From: Comamonadaceae bacterium
Lineage (GTDB): Bacteria; Pseudomonadota; Gammaproteobacteria; Burkholderiales; Burkholderiaceae_C
NCBI GenBank assembly: GCA_043753505.1
Contig: JAYUXO010000274.1
Location: 1-48,853 of the forward strand
Direction: 5' to 3'
Length of the DNA stretch: 48,853 bases
Both the position numbers and the translations under genes were made by a program. Below are positions 27,127-36,068 of the stretch, piece by piece; position 1 is the stretch's first letter; every line of letters starts with the position of its first letter. The notes below the pieces were generated by a model that had not been told where the DNA came from, made no database searches, and saw only the letters and a program-made list of their open reading frames with translations.

Positions 27127-28584
27127 ATGAGACAAGCCTCCATTCCAACGGTCATCCGCAAACCTGTTTACGCCGCTACGCTGGCCCTGGTCAGCTTGCT
27201 GGCTGCATGCGGCGGTGACGATTCCCCTGCGCCGGTGGTACCCGAAGAGACCCGGGCGCAAGACACCCGTGTGTTTGCACCCACACCCGACACCACCTTC
27301 ACAGCCCTGGCTGGCAGCACCGTGGCCGCCGACCGCTGGACGGGTGTGCTGGCAGGCTCGGCCTATCGCATGGAGGTGCCTGCCAACTGGAACGGCAAGC
27401 TGGTGATGTGGGCACACGGCTTTCGCGGCACTGGCCCCAACCTCACGGCTGACAACCCCATCATGCGTCGCTACCTGCTGGACAACGGCTACGCCTGGGC
27501 GGCCTCCAGCTACAGCAAAAATTACTACGACGTGCGGGCCGGTGTGGAAGACACCAACGCACTCGCGCTGAACTTCGTCAAAATCGCCGCCGAAAAAGGT
27601 CGCACGCTGGCCCCCCCGAGCAAAATTTTCATCACTGGCGTGTCCATGGGCGGCCACATCACCGCGGCTGCCATTGACGCAGAAGCTCAGGTGTATGCGA
27701 AGAACAAAGTCAAATACGCCGGTGCCGTGCCGCTGTGCGGCGTGCTGGGTGACAACGAGTTGTTCAACTACTTTGCAGGCTACCAGGTGGCCGCGCAGCA
27801 ACTGGCCAACGTGCCGCTGACCCGTTTCCCCATCTCTGCCACAGACTTTGCTGCCATCGCGCCCACCGTTCAAGCCGCGCTGTGGAGCAGCTTCCCCACG
27901 GTCAGCAACGCCCAAGGAGACAAACTGAAAAACGTGGTCATGAACCTCAGTGGCGGTGCCCGCCCGTTCTATGAAGAGGGCTGGGCCAACGCGGGTAACC
28001 AGGGCAATATCTGGGCGTCACTGGGTGGCGACGGCACCATCAGCGGCATCTTGAACGCCAACATCCTGGACACCACCCAGCTGTTCTACAAGGTTGATGC
28101 GGGCAGCGCCAGCAACACAGTGGTCGACACCGCTTTCAACGCCGCCGCTTTCAAAATCACACCCACCGCCGATGCCAACCGTCTGCGCCGCGACGGCTTG
28201 CGCTGGATTCCTACCAGCCCTGGTGACGTGAACATTCCCATCGTGAGCATTCACACGCTGGGTGACTTGTTTGTGCCGTTCAAGATGGAGCAGGTCTACG
28301 CCGCGCGCCTGAAGGCCAAGGGCAACGACAAATGGCTGGTGCAGCGCGCCATTCGCGACGTGGGCCACTGCGCGTTCACCGCCGCAGAGGCCATTACCGC
28401 GTTTGATGACATGGTCAAGTGGGAGGCAGGTGGTGCGAAACCGGCCGGCGACGATGTGCTGACCCCCGCCACGCTGGCCTCGCCGCTGTACGGTTGCGCC
28501 CACACCAAAAACACCCCCAGCACCGAAGACTTCGCCGCACCCGCCACGCGTGCAGGCTTTCAGGCGCGCTACCCGGCTTGTTGA
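27127..28584 (+). CDS. alpha/beta-hydrolase-fold lipoprotein
   Basis: Lipobox LLAACGG, nucleophile elbow GVSMGGH, late conserved D/H (RDVGHC). The specific family was not recognised. Confidence 0.6.
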   Translation: MRQASIPTVIRKPVYAATLALVSLLAACGGDDSPAPVVPEETRAQDTRVFAPTPDTTFTALAGSTVAADRWTGVLAGSAYRMEVPANWNGKLVMWAHGFRGTGPNLTADNPIMRRYLLDNGYAWAASSYSKNYYDVRAGVEDTNALALNFVKIAAEKGRTLAPPSKIFITGVSMGGHITAAAIDAEAQVYAKNKVKYAGAVPLCGVLGDNELFNYFAGYQVAAQQLANVPLTRFPISATDFAAIAPTVQAALWSSFPTVSNAQGDKLKNVVMNLSGGARPFYEEGWANAGNQGNIWASLGGDGTISGILNANILDTTQLFYKVDAGSASNTVVDTAFNAAAFKITPTADANRLRRDGLRWIPTSPGDVNIPIVSIHTLGDLFVPFKMEQVYAARLKAKGNDKWLVQRAIRDVGHCAFTAAEAITAFDDMVKWEAGGAKPAGDDVLTPATLASPLYGCAHTKNTPSTEDFAAPATRAGFQARYPAC

Positions 28585-28646
28585 TGGGGTCAGGCTCCCG
28601 TCTCTTGGGCAACGTGTCCGTACCTCTTTGCAGCTGGCGGGATTTG

Positions 28647-28681
28647 CTCCCTCTCCCCTCGGGGAGAGGGCTGGGGTGAGG
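28647..28681. repeat. REP-type element (ccctctcccc-tc-ggggagaggg + ctggggtgagg)
   Basis: Perfect 10-bp stem followed by a GGGGTGAGG tail, in a convergent intergenic region. Confidence 0.7.
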
Positions 28682-28716
28682 ACGCAGCGCGAGAGAACAC
28701 TCGGACAACGCTAAGG

Positions 28717-28762
28717 CCCCTCGCCCCAACCCTCTCCCGCAAGCGGGCAAGCGGGCAAGGGG
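28717..28762. repeat. second REP-type element, inverted orientation, partly degenerate
   Basis: The reverse complement reads cttgcccgcttgcccgcttgcgggagagggttggggcgagggg, the same GGGAGAGGG-TGGGG-GAGG core as 28647-28681. Confidence 0.65.
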
Positions 28763-28808
28763 GTTACTCCTTTTGATTTTCCATGTTGGTGGATGGAACC
28801 ATGCCTCT

Positions 28809-29675
28809 TCACGCGTACCGCTTGGCCCGCAGGTTGTTCTTCATTTCCTGCAAACCCGCCTGTAATGGCGCGCCAATGCGCAGCGCCACGGTGGTGGCCA
28901 GCACGTCGATGACCAGTAGGTGCAGCAGGCGCGAGACCATTGGGCTGTAGCGGTCGTAGCCTTCGGGGTGGTCTGCAGCCAGGTGAATGCACAAGGTGTC
29001 GAAGGCGGTGTCGCACAGCTTGGCCAGCGGTGAGCCAGAGGCGGTGATGACGATGGTGGTCGCGCCGTTTTTTCGCGCGATGTCGACAGCGTCCATCAAA
29101 TCGCGCGTGCGCCCGGAGTTGGAAATGACCACCACGCAGTCGCCCGGTTTAAGCAGGGTGGCGCTCATCACCTGCATGTGGCCATCGCTGTAGGCAATGG
29201 TGTTCAGGCCCAGCCGGAAAAATTTGTGCTGTGCGTCCTGCGCCACGATGCCGGAATTGCCCACACCATAAAACTCGATGCGTCCGCGCGTGGCGTGCGT
29301 AGCCGCCAGCGCTTTGGCCGCTTTGTCCAGTGCGCTGGCACTGGCGTCGTTGCGGTACTTCAAAAACGCGGCCACGGTGTTGTCAATCACCTTGACCAGC
29401 ACATCGCCGGTCTTGTCGTCCACGTCCACGCTGCGGTGAATGAAGGGCACGCCCTCGCTCACACTACCGGCCAGTTTCAGCTTGAAATCGGTCAGCCCGT
29501 CATAGCCCACGCTGCGGCAAAACCGCACCACGGTGGGTTTGCTCACATTGGCGCGGTCGGCCAGATGGCTGATCGGCTGGTTGGCAAACCAGCGCGGGTC
29601 ATCCAGCACCAGACGGCCCACGCGCGCTTCGGCGGGAGCCAGGGAATGCAAAGAGGCGGCAATTCGGTCAAGCAT
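28809..29675 (-). CDS. hexR: RpiR-family regulator, HexR-type
   Basis: HTH_6 (ISHLADRANVSKPTVVRFCRSVGYDG) plus a SIS domain. Immediately downstream of zwf on the same strand. Confidence 0.85.
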   Translation of the reverse strand: MLDRIAASLHSLAPAEARVGRLVLDDPRWFANQPISHLADRANVSKPTVVRFCRSVGYDGLTDFKLKLAGSVSEGVPFIHRSVDVDDKTGDVLVKVIDNTVAAFLKYRNDASASALDKAAKALAATHATRGRIEFYGVGNSGIVAQDAQHKFFRLGLNTIAYSDGHMQVMSATLLKPGDCVVVISNSGRTRDLMDAVDIARKNGATTIVITASGSPLAKLCDTAFDTLCIHLAADHPEGYDRYSPMVSRLLHLLVIDVLATTVALRIGAPLQAGLQEMKNNLRAKRYA

Positions 29676-29713
29676 GGTGGGTATCAGCGCGCAAAAGAAA
29701 TTCGCACAGCCGT

Positions 29714-29830
29714 CACCGCAGAGGCGCAGAGAACGCAGAGGGACGCGGAGAAGGCAGACGTTTCACAAGCAGATTTGGATTTGTATCTCTCTGAACCGCT
29801 TCCCCTGCGCTCTCTGCGTTCTCTGCGGTG
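29714..29830. repeat. family A element, copy A2
   Basis: caccgcagaggcgcagagaacgcagaggg ... ccctgcgctctctgcgttctctgcggtg, between the zwf stop and the hexR start. Confidence 0.8.
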
Positions 29831-29850
29831 AATGACTTGGATGTCCGACT

Positions 29851-31320
29851 TCACAGCTCCTCCGACCAGCTATGCCCGTCGCGCGCAATCATGGCGCTGG
29901 CAGCGCTGGGTCCCCAGGTGCCGGCTGCGTAAGGCTTGAGGCCGTCTTCGCCGCTGTCTTTCCAGTGCCGCATGACAGGCTCCACCCAGCGCCAGGCTTC
30001 TTCCTGCTCGTCGCTGCGCACAAACAAGTTCAGGCGGCCGTCTATCACGTCCAGCAGCAGGCGCTCGTAAGCACCCACGCGCTCGCTGCCGAAGCGTTTG
30101 TCGAAGTCCAGGTCGAGTTGCACGGGCGCAAGCGACTGGCTCCCACCCACACCAGATGTCGTACGCTTGTCTTGCCCCTGCGCAAAGAGATGAAGCGCCA
30201 GACCATCTTTGGGTTGCAGGTGAATCACCAGGCGGTTGGCCGAGCCCAGGGGCGACTTGAAAATAGCGTGCGGCGTAGGCCGAAAGTTCACGGCGATGTG
30301 CGCCTCGCGCCCCGCCAGACGTTTACCGGTGCGGATGTAAAACGGCACACCCGCCCAGCGCCAGTTGGCAATTTCGGTGCGCAGGGCCACAAAGGTTTCG
30401 GTGGTGCTGTGCGCATCGACACCCGGCTCATCGCGGTACGCCAACATGTCGCCCCCGTTGTTGGAAGCGGCGTATTGCCCGCGCACCACATGCTGGGCCA
30501 GCGTTTGCGCGGTCCAGGGCGTCAATGACCGAAGCACCTTGAGTTTTTCGTCGCGAATGGCGTCCGCGTGTGCATTGATGGGCGGCTCCATGGCCACGGC
30601 ACAAAGCAGTTGCAGGGCATGGTTTTGCACCATGTCGCGCAGCGCGCCGGTCTGGTCGTAAAAGCTGCCTCGCTTTTCCACACCCAGGTCTTCGGCAATG
30701 GTGATCTGGATGTTGGCAATGGTTTCGCGCCGCCACAGCGGCTCAAACAATGCGTTGCCAAAGCGCAGCGCAAACAGGTTTTGCACCGACGGTTTACCCA
30801 GGTAATGGTCAATACGAAAAATCTGCTTTTCCGCGAAACCTTTGCGCACTGCTTCGTTGATGGCACGGTTGCTGGCCAGGTCATGCCCCAGCGGCTTTTC
30901 CAGCACGATGCGGGTGTTTGCCTGGTTCAGCCCGCAGGCCACCAACTGGTCGCAGGCGGTGGTGAACAGGCCCGGCGCAGTGGCCAGGTACAGCACGCGG
31001 GCATCCACCTCACGGGCATTCAACACACTGACCAGCGCCGCATAGTCCGCCGGTTTGGACAGGTCGACGCGCAGGTAGTGCAGCAGCTGCGCGAAGCCCG
31101 AAAACTCGTCAGCCGTGGGGCGTTTGGCCAGCTCTACCTGCGCCAGACGGCCTTCGATCAGCGTACGAAACGCCGCATCGTCTAGCTCGTCACGCGCGAC
31201 GCCGATGATGCGGCCACCGGCGGGCAAAGTGCCATGGCGGTAGGCCTGAAACAACGCCGGCATCAGCTTGCGCCACACCAGATCACCCGTGCCGCCAAAC
31301 AAAACCAGATCAAAACTCAC
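29851..31320 (-). CDS. zwf: glucose-6-phosphate 1-dehydrogenase
   Basis: GTG 31320 gives MSFDLVLFGGTGDL, with AAGGA 6 nt upstream. The active-site motif RIDHYLGK is present. Confidence 0.93.
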   Translation of the reverse strand: MSFDLVLFGGTGDLVWRKLMPALFQAYRHGTLPAGGRIIGVARDELDDAAFRTLIEGRLAQVELAKRPTADEFSGFAQLLHYLRVDLSKPADYAALVSVLNAREVDARVLYLATAPGLFTTACDQLVACGLNQANTRIVLEKPLGHDLASNRAINEAVRKGFAEKQIFRIDHYLGKPSVQNLFALRFGNALFEPLWRRETIANIQITIAEDLGVEKRGSFYDQTGALRDMVQNHALQLLCAVAMEPPINAHADAIRDEKLKVLRSLTPWTAQTLAQHVVRGQYAASNNGGDMLAYRDEPGVDAHSTTETFVALRTEIANWRWAGVPFYIRTGKRLAGREAHIAVNFRPTPHAIFKSPLGSANRLVIHLQPKDGLALHLFAQGQDKRTTSGVGGSQSLAPVQLDLDFDKRFGSERVGAYERLLLDVIDGRLNLFVRSDEQEEAWRWVEPVMRHWKDSGEDGLKPYAAGTWGPSAASAMIARDGHSWSEEL

Positions 31321-31332
31321 AGCCGTCCTTTG

Positions 31333-31361
31333 GTTACATGACAAATTGATTTTAATGTAAC
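31333..31361. promoter_or_regulatory. inverted repeat GTTACAT-N15-ATGTAAC just upstream of zwf (candidate operator or 5'-UTR hairpin)
   Basis: 7-bp perfect arms 13-41 nt upstream of the zwf start. The TGTAA/TTACA half-sites resemble HexR boxes, but their arrangement is everted relative to what I recall. Confidence 0.25.
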
Positions 31362-31382
31362 TTTGTTTCGGATGGGCTTTTG

Positions 31383-31417
31383 AAAAGGGCGCAGGTTTTT
31401 TGAAAAACCTGCGCCCC
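31383..31417 (-). terminator. terminator hairpin after the CHRD gene
   Basis: 14-bp stem gggcgcaggttttt / aaaaacctgcgccc. The minus strand continues with tttt. Confidence 0.6.
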
Positions 31418-31431
31418 GATGCTTATGCGGT

Positions 31432-32697
31432 TCAGCGAATCTGACCGCGAATTTCGCCGCCGGGAAATGCCGCGCTGTGTGCGTTGAAGTACAGGTTGCC
31501 CTGCTTGAAAGCTTTGAACTGCTCGGCCGTCAGGCTGGCACTGGCGTTGGCCGGCACGCTCCAGATGCCGTTGCCCTGATCCGACAAATCAACAATCACC
31601 GGACCATTCACGCCTGTCGCGCCGGTATGAACATGCGCCGCGCGGGCCACTACGCCGGTCAGCGCAATCTCGCCTCCGACCACGGCGCGGTTCAAGGGGT
31701 TAATGACCAGACTGCCCGTGCCTGTGGCAACCGAGGCGTTGGTGGGCACTTCCTGCGCTGCATCCAGGGCTGCAAAGCGCACGTTGCGACCGATCTGGCC
31801 ACGAATTTCGCCGCCGGGAAAGCGCGCGCTGTGGGCGTTGAAATACAGGCCGCCGTTGCTAAGCAGGTCCATTTGCACACTGGTCAAAGTGGCGTTGGGC
31901 GCTGACAACCAGATGCCGCTGCCAGGGGCGGTTTGCGTCAAATCCACAATTACCGGGCCGTTGGTGCCCACGTTGGCGGCGTGAATGTGGGCTACCGTTC
32001 CGGTCATGCCGAATAACGTCAGACGGGCGGCAATGCGGCCGGTTGCAGCATCCAGCGTGACAAAGCCGGTGCCCGTAGCAGTTGATGCGTTAGTCGGCAC
32101 TTCTTGCCCAGCAGACATTTGGGCGGCCAACACACTACGGCCAATCTGGCCGCGGATTTCACCACCGGGAAATTCGGCGCTGTGGGCGTTAAAGTACAGG
32201 CCGCCAGCCATCACGGCAGCGGCTTGCGCTTCAGTGACGACCACGCCGTTGCCAGCCACCGTCCAGATGCCCGAGCCGGGAGCGGTTTGTGCCAAATCCA
32301 CAATCACCGGGCCGTTCACACCGACCTCGCCGATGTGGATGTGCGCGACGGTGCCGGTCATGCCCTGCAGGGTGACCGTTCCACGCACGGTGCGCGATGG
32401 CATTTCCAGCTGCAGGGTACCGGTACCCAAAGCGCCCGTGTTGGTAGGCGTGGGCTCCTGGTCGCCCGAGAGCAGTGCGCGGGCGATGGTGATGGTGGTC
32501 GTTGCGGGGCTTACAACGGTTGGTGTTGGGGTAGGTACTGGGGCTGGCGTGGAGGTGGCAGGGGCCGTCACGGTTGTGGTGGTAACCGGGCTGTCGTCGT
32601 TTCCGCCACAGGCACCCAGCGCCAGGGCGCTGGCCGCTGCCAGGGCCAGCAAGGCGTGAAGGGGTCGGAGTTTGTTGAAAAAATCAGGTCGTTTCAT
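31432..32697 (-). CDS. lipoprotein with three tandem CHRD domains
   Basis: Lipobox LALGACGG and a Thr/Pro linker, then three ~125-aa repeats each ending GGLYFNAHSA.FPGGEIRGQI, the CHRD signature. Confidence 0.8.
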   Translation of the reverse strand: MKRPDFFNKLRPLHALLALAAASALALGACGGNDDSPVTTTTVTAPATSTPAPVPTPTPTVVSPATTTITIARALLSGDQEPTPTNTGALGTGTLQLEMPSRTVRGTVTLQGMTGTVAHIHIGEVGVNGPVIVDLAQTAPGSGIWTVAGNGVVVTEAQAAAVMAGGLYFNAHSAEFPGGEIRGQIGRSVLAAQMSAGQEVPTNASTATGTGFVTLDAATGRIAARLTLFGMTGTVAHIHAANVGTNGPVIVDLTQTAPGSGIWLSAPNATLTSVQMDLLSNGGLYFNAHSARFPGGEIRGQIGRNVRFAALDAAQEVPTNASVATGTGSLVINPLNRAVVGGEIALTGVVARAAHVHTGATGVNGPVIVDLSDQGNGIWSVPANASASLTAEQFKAFKQGNLYFNAHSAAFPGGEIRGQIR

Positions 32698-32913
32698 GGT
32701 GATGCTTTCTACGGGTTGGATTGAGGCGGTAACTATTAACACTTTAATTAGTATTAGTCAGCATCGATACAACCCCGAAGGATTGCAGGGGAATAGACGA
32801 CGGTGATCCAAAAACGGATGCGTCCGTCTTGAACTTTTTTTCGCATCCAGCGGAGCCGATGCGTAAGCTTCGCGTTTTCCGTGTTCGAAACCCGTTTACC
32901 CACTGCATCACAC

Positions 32914-33897
32914 ATGAACCAACTCCAAGTCCTCAAGCAATACACCACCGTGGTGGCCGACACCGGTGACTTCAACCAATTGGCCGCGTTCAAGCCGCAG
33001 GACGCGACCACCAACCCCTCGCTCATACTTAAGGCCGTTCAAAAACCGGCGTACGCGCCCTTGCTCGCGCAGACCGTGGCCCGCTTCAAAGACCGCAGCA
33101 TGGATGAGCAGGTGGACCGTTTGCTGGTGCGGTTTGGCTGCGAAATATTGCAGATGGTGCCGGGCCGTGTGTCCACCGAGGTCGATGCGCGCCTGAGCTT
33201 TGACATGGAAGCCACTTATTCGCGCGGTGAGCGCATCGTGGAGCTGTACCAGGCTGAAGGCGTGCACATCGACCGCGTGCTGATCAAGGTGGCCGCCACC
33301 TGGGAAGGCATACAAGCGGCTGAAAAGCTGGAGCGGCGTGGCATCCACACCAACCTGACCCTGCTGTTCTCGTTTTGCCAGGCGGTGGCCTGTGGGCAAG
33401 CCAAGGTGCAGCTGATCTCGCCCTTTGTGGGCCGTATTTACGACTGGTACAAAAAGTCAGCTGGGCAAACCTGGAATGAGGAGCAAAAGGCCGGTGCCAA
33501 CGATCCCGGCGTGCTCTCGGTGCGCCAGATTTACCACCACTACAAGCACTTCGGCATCGCCACCGAGGTGATGGGTGCCAGCTTTCGCAACATCGGGCAG
33601 ATTCAGGCGCTGGCCGGATGTGATTTGCTGACCATCAGCCCCGAACTGCTCGCCCAATTGGCCGCCACTGAAGATCCGCTGCCCCGCGCGCTGGACGCAC
33701 AAGCTGCGAAAGCGCTGGACTTGCCTGCCGTGAACTACGACGAAGCGGGCTTTCGCTTTGCGTTGAACGAAGACGCCATGGCCACCGAAAAACTGGCTGA
33801 AGGCATTCGCGCCTTCGTGGCCGATGCGATGAAGCTGGAAGCCTTGATGAGGGCAGAAACCTCCATGCGTCCCGAAACTCCAATGCGTACCGCATGA
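32914..33897 (+). CDS. tal: transaldolase
   Basis: [20 protein letters not shown], Schiff-base Lys context [10 protein letters not shown]. Its stop overlaps the pgi start (ATGA). Confidence 0.92.
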   Translation: MNQLQVLKQYTTVVADTGDFNQLAAFKPQDATTNPSLILKAVQKPAYAPLLAQTVARFKDRSMDEQVDRLLVRFGCEILQMVPGRVSTEVDARLSFDMEATYSRGERIVELYQAEGVHIDRVLIKVAATWEGIQAAEKLERRGIHTNLTLLFSFCQAVACGQAKVQLISPFVGRIYDWYKKSAGQTWNEEQKAGANDPGVLSVRQIYHHYKHFGIATEVMGASFRNIGQIQALAGCDLLTISPELLAQLAATEDPLPRALDAQAAKALDLPAVNYDEAGFRFALNEDAMATEKLAEGIRAFVADAMKLEALMRAETSMRPETPMRTA

Positions 33898-35621
33898 GCG
33901 CCGACCTGAACTGGGCTTTCCGCCCCCGCTGCGACGCCACACCCGCCTGGACGGCCCTGACCCAACAGTTTGAAAACTCGGGCCGCGCCTTGCATCTGCG
34001 CACCGCGTTTGCCCAAGATCCGTCCCGCGTCGAGCACTTCAGCCAGCGCGCCCCGCACCTGTTTGCTGATCTGTCCAAAAATCTGATTGACGCGCCCACT
34101 GAGGCTTTGCTGCTCGACCTGGCCCGACAGTGCGGCGTCGAAACCTTGCGCGACGCGATGTTTGCGGGGCAAGCCATCAACACCACTGAACAGCGCGCCG
34201 TGATGCACTGGCTGCTGCGTTGCCCTCAAGCGGCGTTGGGGCACGATTTAGTGCCAAATCAACCACCAGCTCTTTTAGATACTGCTCAAGCAGCTATCAA
34301 AACAGGAGTGAATCAAGGTTTAGCCACGCAGCTGGAGCACGTCCATCACACGCTGGACGCCATGCTGGCCTATGCCATGCGCGTGCGTGCCAACCGCGCC
34401 ATCACCGATGTGGTGACCATTGGCATCGGCGGCTCCGACCTCGGTCCCCAAATGGCCGTGCGCGCGCTGGATGCCTACATCGACAACGGCCAACGCTTTC
34501 ATTTCGTCTCCAACGTTGACCCTCACGAGTTGGCCCGCACGCTGCGCCCGCTCCAGGCTGCCAGCACGCTGTTTCTTGTCGCCTCCAAAACCTTCACCAC
34601 CGCCGAAACCATGGCCAACGCAGAGGCGGCGCGTGACTGGTTCCTTTCCAACGGTGGGACGGACATCAACCAACACTTCGCCGCGCTCACCACCAACATC
34701 AGCGCGGCCCGGGACTTCGGCATCACCGCCTGCTTTGGCTTTTGGGACTGGGTGGGCGGCCGCTATTCGCTGTGGTCGGCCATTGGTTTGCCCATTGCCA
34801 TCGCCGTCGGTCCAGTGCATTTCAAAGCCATGCTGGCCGGCGCGCACGAGATGGACACGCACTTTCAAAACGCCCCGCTGGCGCGCAACCTGCCCGTGCG
34901 TCTGGCGCTCATCGACGTCTGGTATCGCAACTTCCACCACTTCACCAGCCGCAGCATCGCCCCCTACCACAGCCTGCTGTCCCGCCTGCCCGCTTACCTG
35001 CAACAGCTGGAGATGGAAAGCAATGGCAAGCGGGTGGACGTGCAAGGCCGCGCCCTGCCCTACGCCACGGCCCCCGTGCTCTGGGGCGAGCCCGGCACCA
35101 ACGGCCAGCATGCCTATTTTCAGATGCTGCATCAGGGCACTGACGTGGTGCCCGTTGAGATCGTTTTGGCCGCTCAGCCCAATCAGAATATGCTGGAGCA
35201 GCTATCAAATAGTGAGCATCAACATATCCAGTTGTGTGCCAACGCACTGGCCCAGGCCCAGGCCCTGATGCTGGGTAAGGCCGATGAAGGAGGCCACAAA
35301 CACTTCCCCGGCAACCGCCCCAGCACGGTGCTGCTGCTGGACGCGCTGTCGCCGGCCAGCCTGGGTGCGCTGATTGCGCTGCAGGAACACCGCGTGTTTG
35401 TCAGCGGTGCGATTTGGGGCATCAACAGTTTTGACCAATGGGGCGTGGAGCTGGGCAAGGTACTGGCGCAAAACCTGGGTGCGCGTTTGCAGGCTCCAGC
35501 AGGTCCTGTCGATGTTGCGGGCCTGGACGGCTCAACGGCGGCCCTTTTAGCGCGTCTGCGCACTACACTGGCCGCGCCCGACGCATCCAGCCCAGGGCAC
35601 AGCAGTCAAACAATCGTCTAA
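33894..35621 (+). CDS. pgi: glucose-6-phosphate isomerase
   Basis: [32 protein letters not shown] signatures. At 575 aa it is longer than I would expect for this family. Confidence 0.92.
   Translation: MSADLNWAFRPRCDATPAWTALTQQFENSGRALHLRTAFAQDPSRVEHFSQRAPHLFADLSKNLIDAPTEALLLDLARQCGVETLRDAMFAGQAINTTEQRAVMHWLLRCPQAALGHDLVPNQPPALLDTAQAAIKTGVNQGLATQLEHVHHTLDAMLAYAMRVRANRAITDVVTIGIGGSDLGPQMAVRALDAYIDNGQRFHFVSNVDPHELARTLRPLQAASTLFLVASKTFTTAETMANAEAARDWFLSNGGTDINQHFAALTTNISAARDFGITACFGFWDWVGGRYSLWSAIGLPIAIAVGPVHFKAMLAGAHEMDTHFQNAPLARNLPVRLALIDVWYRNFHHFTSRSIAPYHSLLSRLPAYLQQLEMESNGKRVDVQGRALPYATAPVLWGEPGTNGQHAYFQMLHQGTDVVPVEIVLAAQPNQNMLEQLSNSEHQHIQLCANALAQAQALMLGKADEGGHKHFPGNRPSTVLLLDALSPASLGALIALQEHRVFVSGAIWGINSFDQWGVELGKVLAQNLGARLQAPAGPVDVAGLDGSTAALLARLRTTLAAPDASSPGHSSQTIV
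34246..34324. repeat. family B element, copy B8, in frame inside pgi
   Basis: gatttagtgccaaatcaaccaccagctcttttagatactgctcaagcagctatcaaaacaggagtgaatcaagg. The reverse complement carries both conserved blocks. It encodes [25 protein letters not shown]. Confidence 0.7.
35157..35213. repeat. family B element, copy B9, in frame inside pgi (different frame from B8)
   Basis: The reverse complement reads TTTGATAGCTGCTCCAGCATATTCTGATTGGGCTGAGCGGCCAAAACG. It encodes part of [17 protein letters not shown]. Confidence 0.55.
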
Positions 35622-35636
35622 ACGAGGAGCTTCGTC

Positions 35637-35999
35637 ATGGACTTCATGCAATCCGTCAAATCGTGCTTCAACCAGTACGTGGGCTTTTCGGGCCGCGCGG
35701 CCCGTTCGGAATACTGGTGGTTTTTCCTGTTCCAGTTTCTCGTCAGCATCATGCTGAGCTTCCTGGGTGACATTGCCAGCCTGCTTGCGCTGGGCCTGCT
35801 GCTGCCCGCCCTCTCCGTAGGTGCCCGCCGCCTGCACGACATCAACAAAAGCGGCTGGCTGCAACTGATCTGGCTCATTCCCCTGATTGGTTGGGCCATC
35901 ATGATTTACTGGCATGTGCAGCCCAGCGACGCAGGCAGCAACAACCACGGCGCGCCCCCGTCATCGGGCGGAACCGATCTGGTGGCCGGTCAGCAGTAA
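35637..35999 (+). CDS. DUF805-family inner-membrane protein
   Basis: GRAARSEYWWFFLF ... VGARRLHDINKSGW ... LIPLIGWAIMIYW is the DUF805 (YhaH/YhaI-like) pattern. Confidence 0.8.
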   Translation: MDFMQSVKSCFNQYVGFSGRAARSEYWWFFLFQFLVSIMLSFLGDIASLLALGLLLPALSVGARRLHDINKSGWLQLIWLIPLIGWAIMIYWHVQPSDAGSNNHGAPPSSGGTDLVAGQQ

Positions 36000-36068
36000 A
36001 TCCGTTTCTTGCGCGATACAGCAGCGGCTCAACATGGTCGCCAGTCCACTGTTTTTGCTACACCCGAC

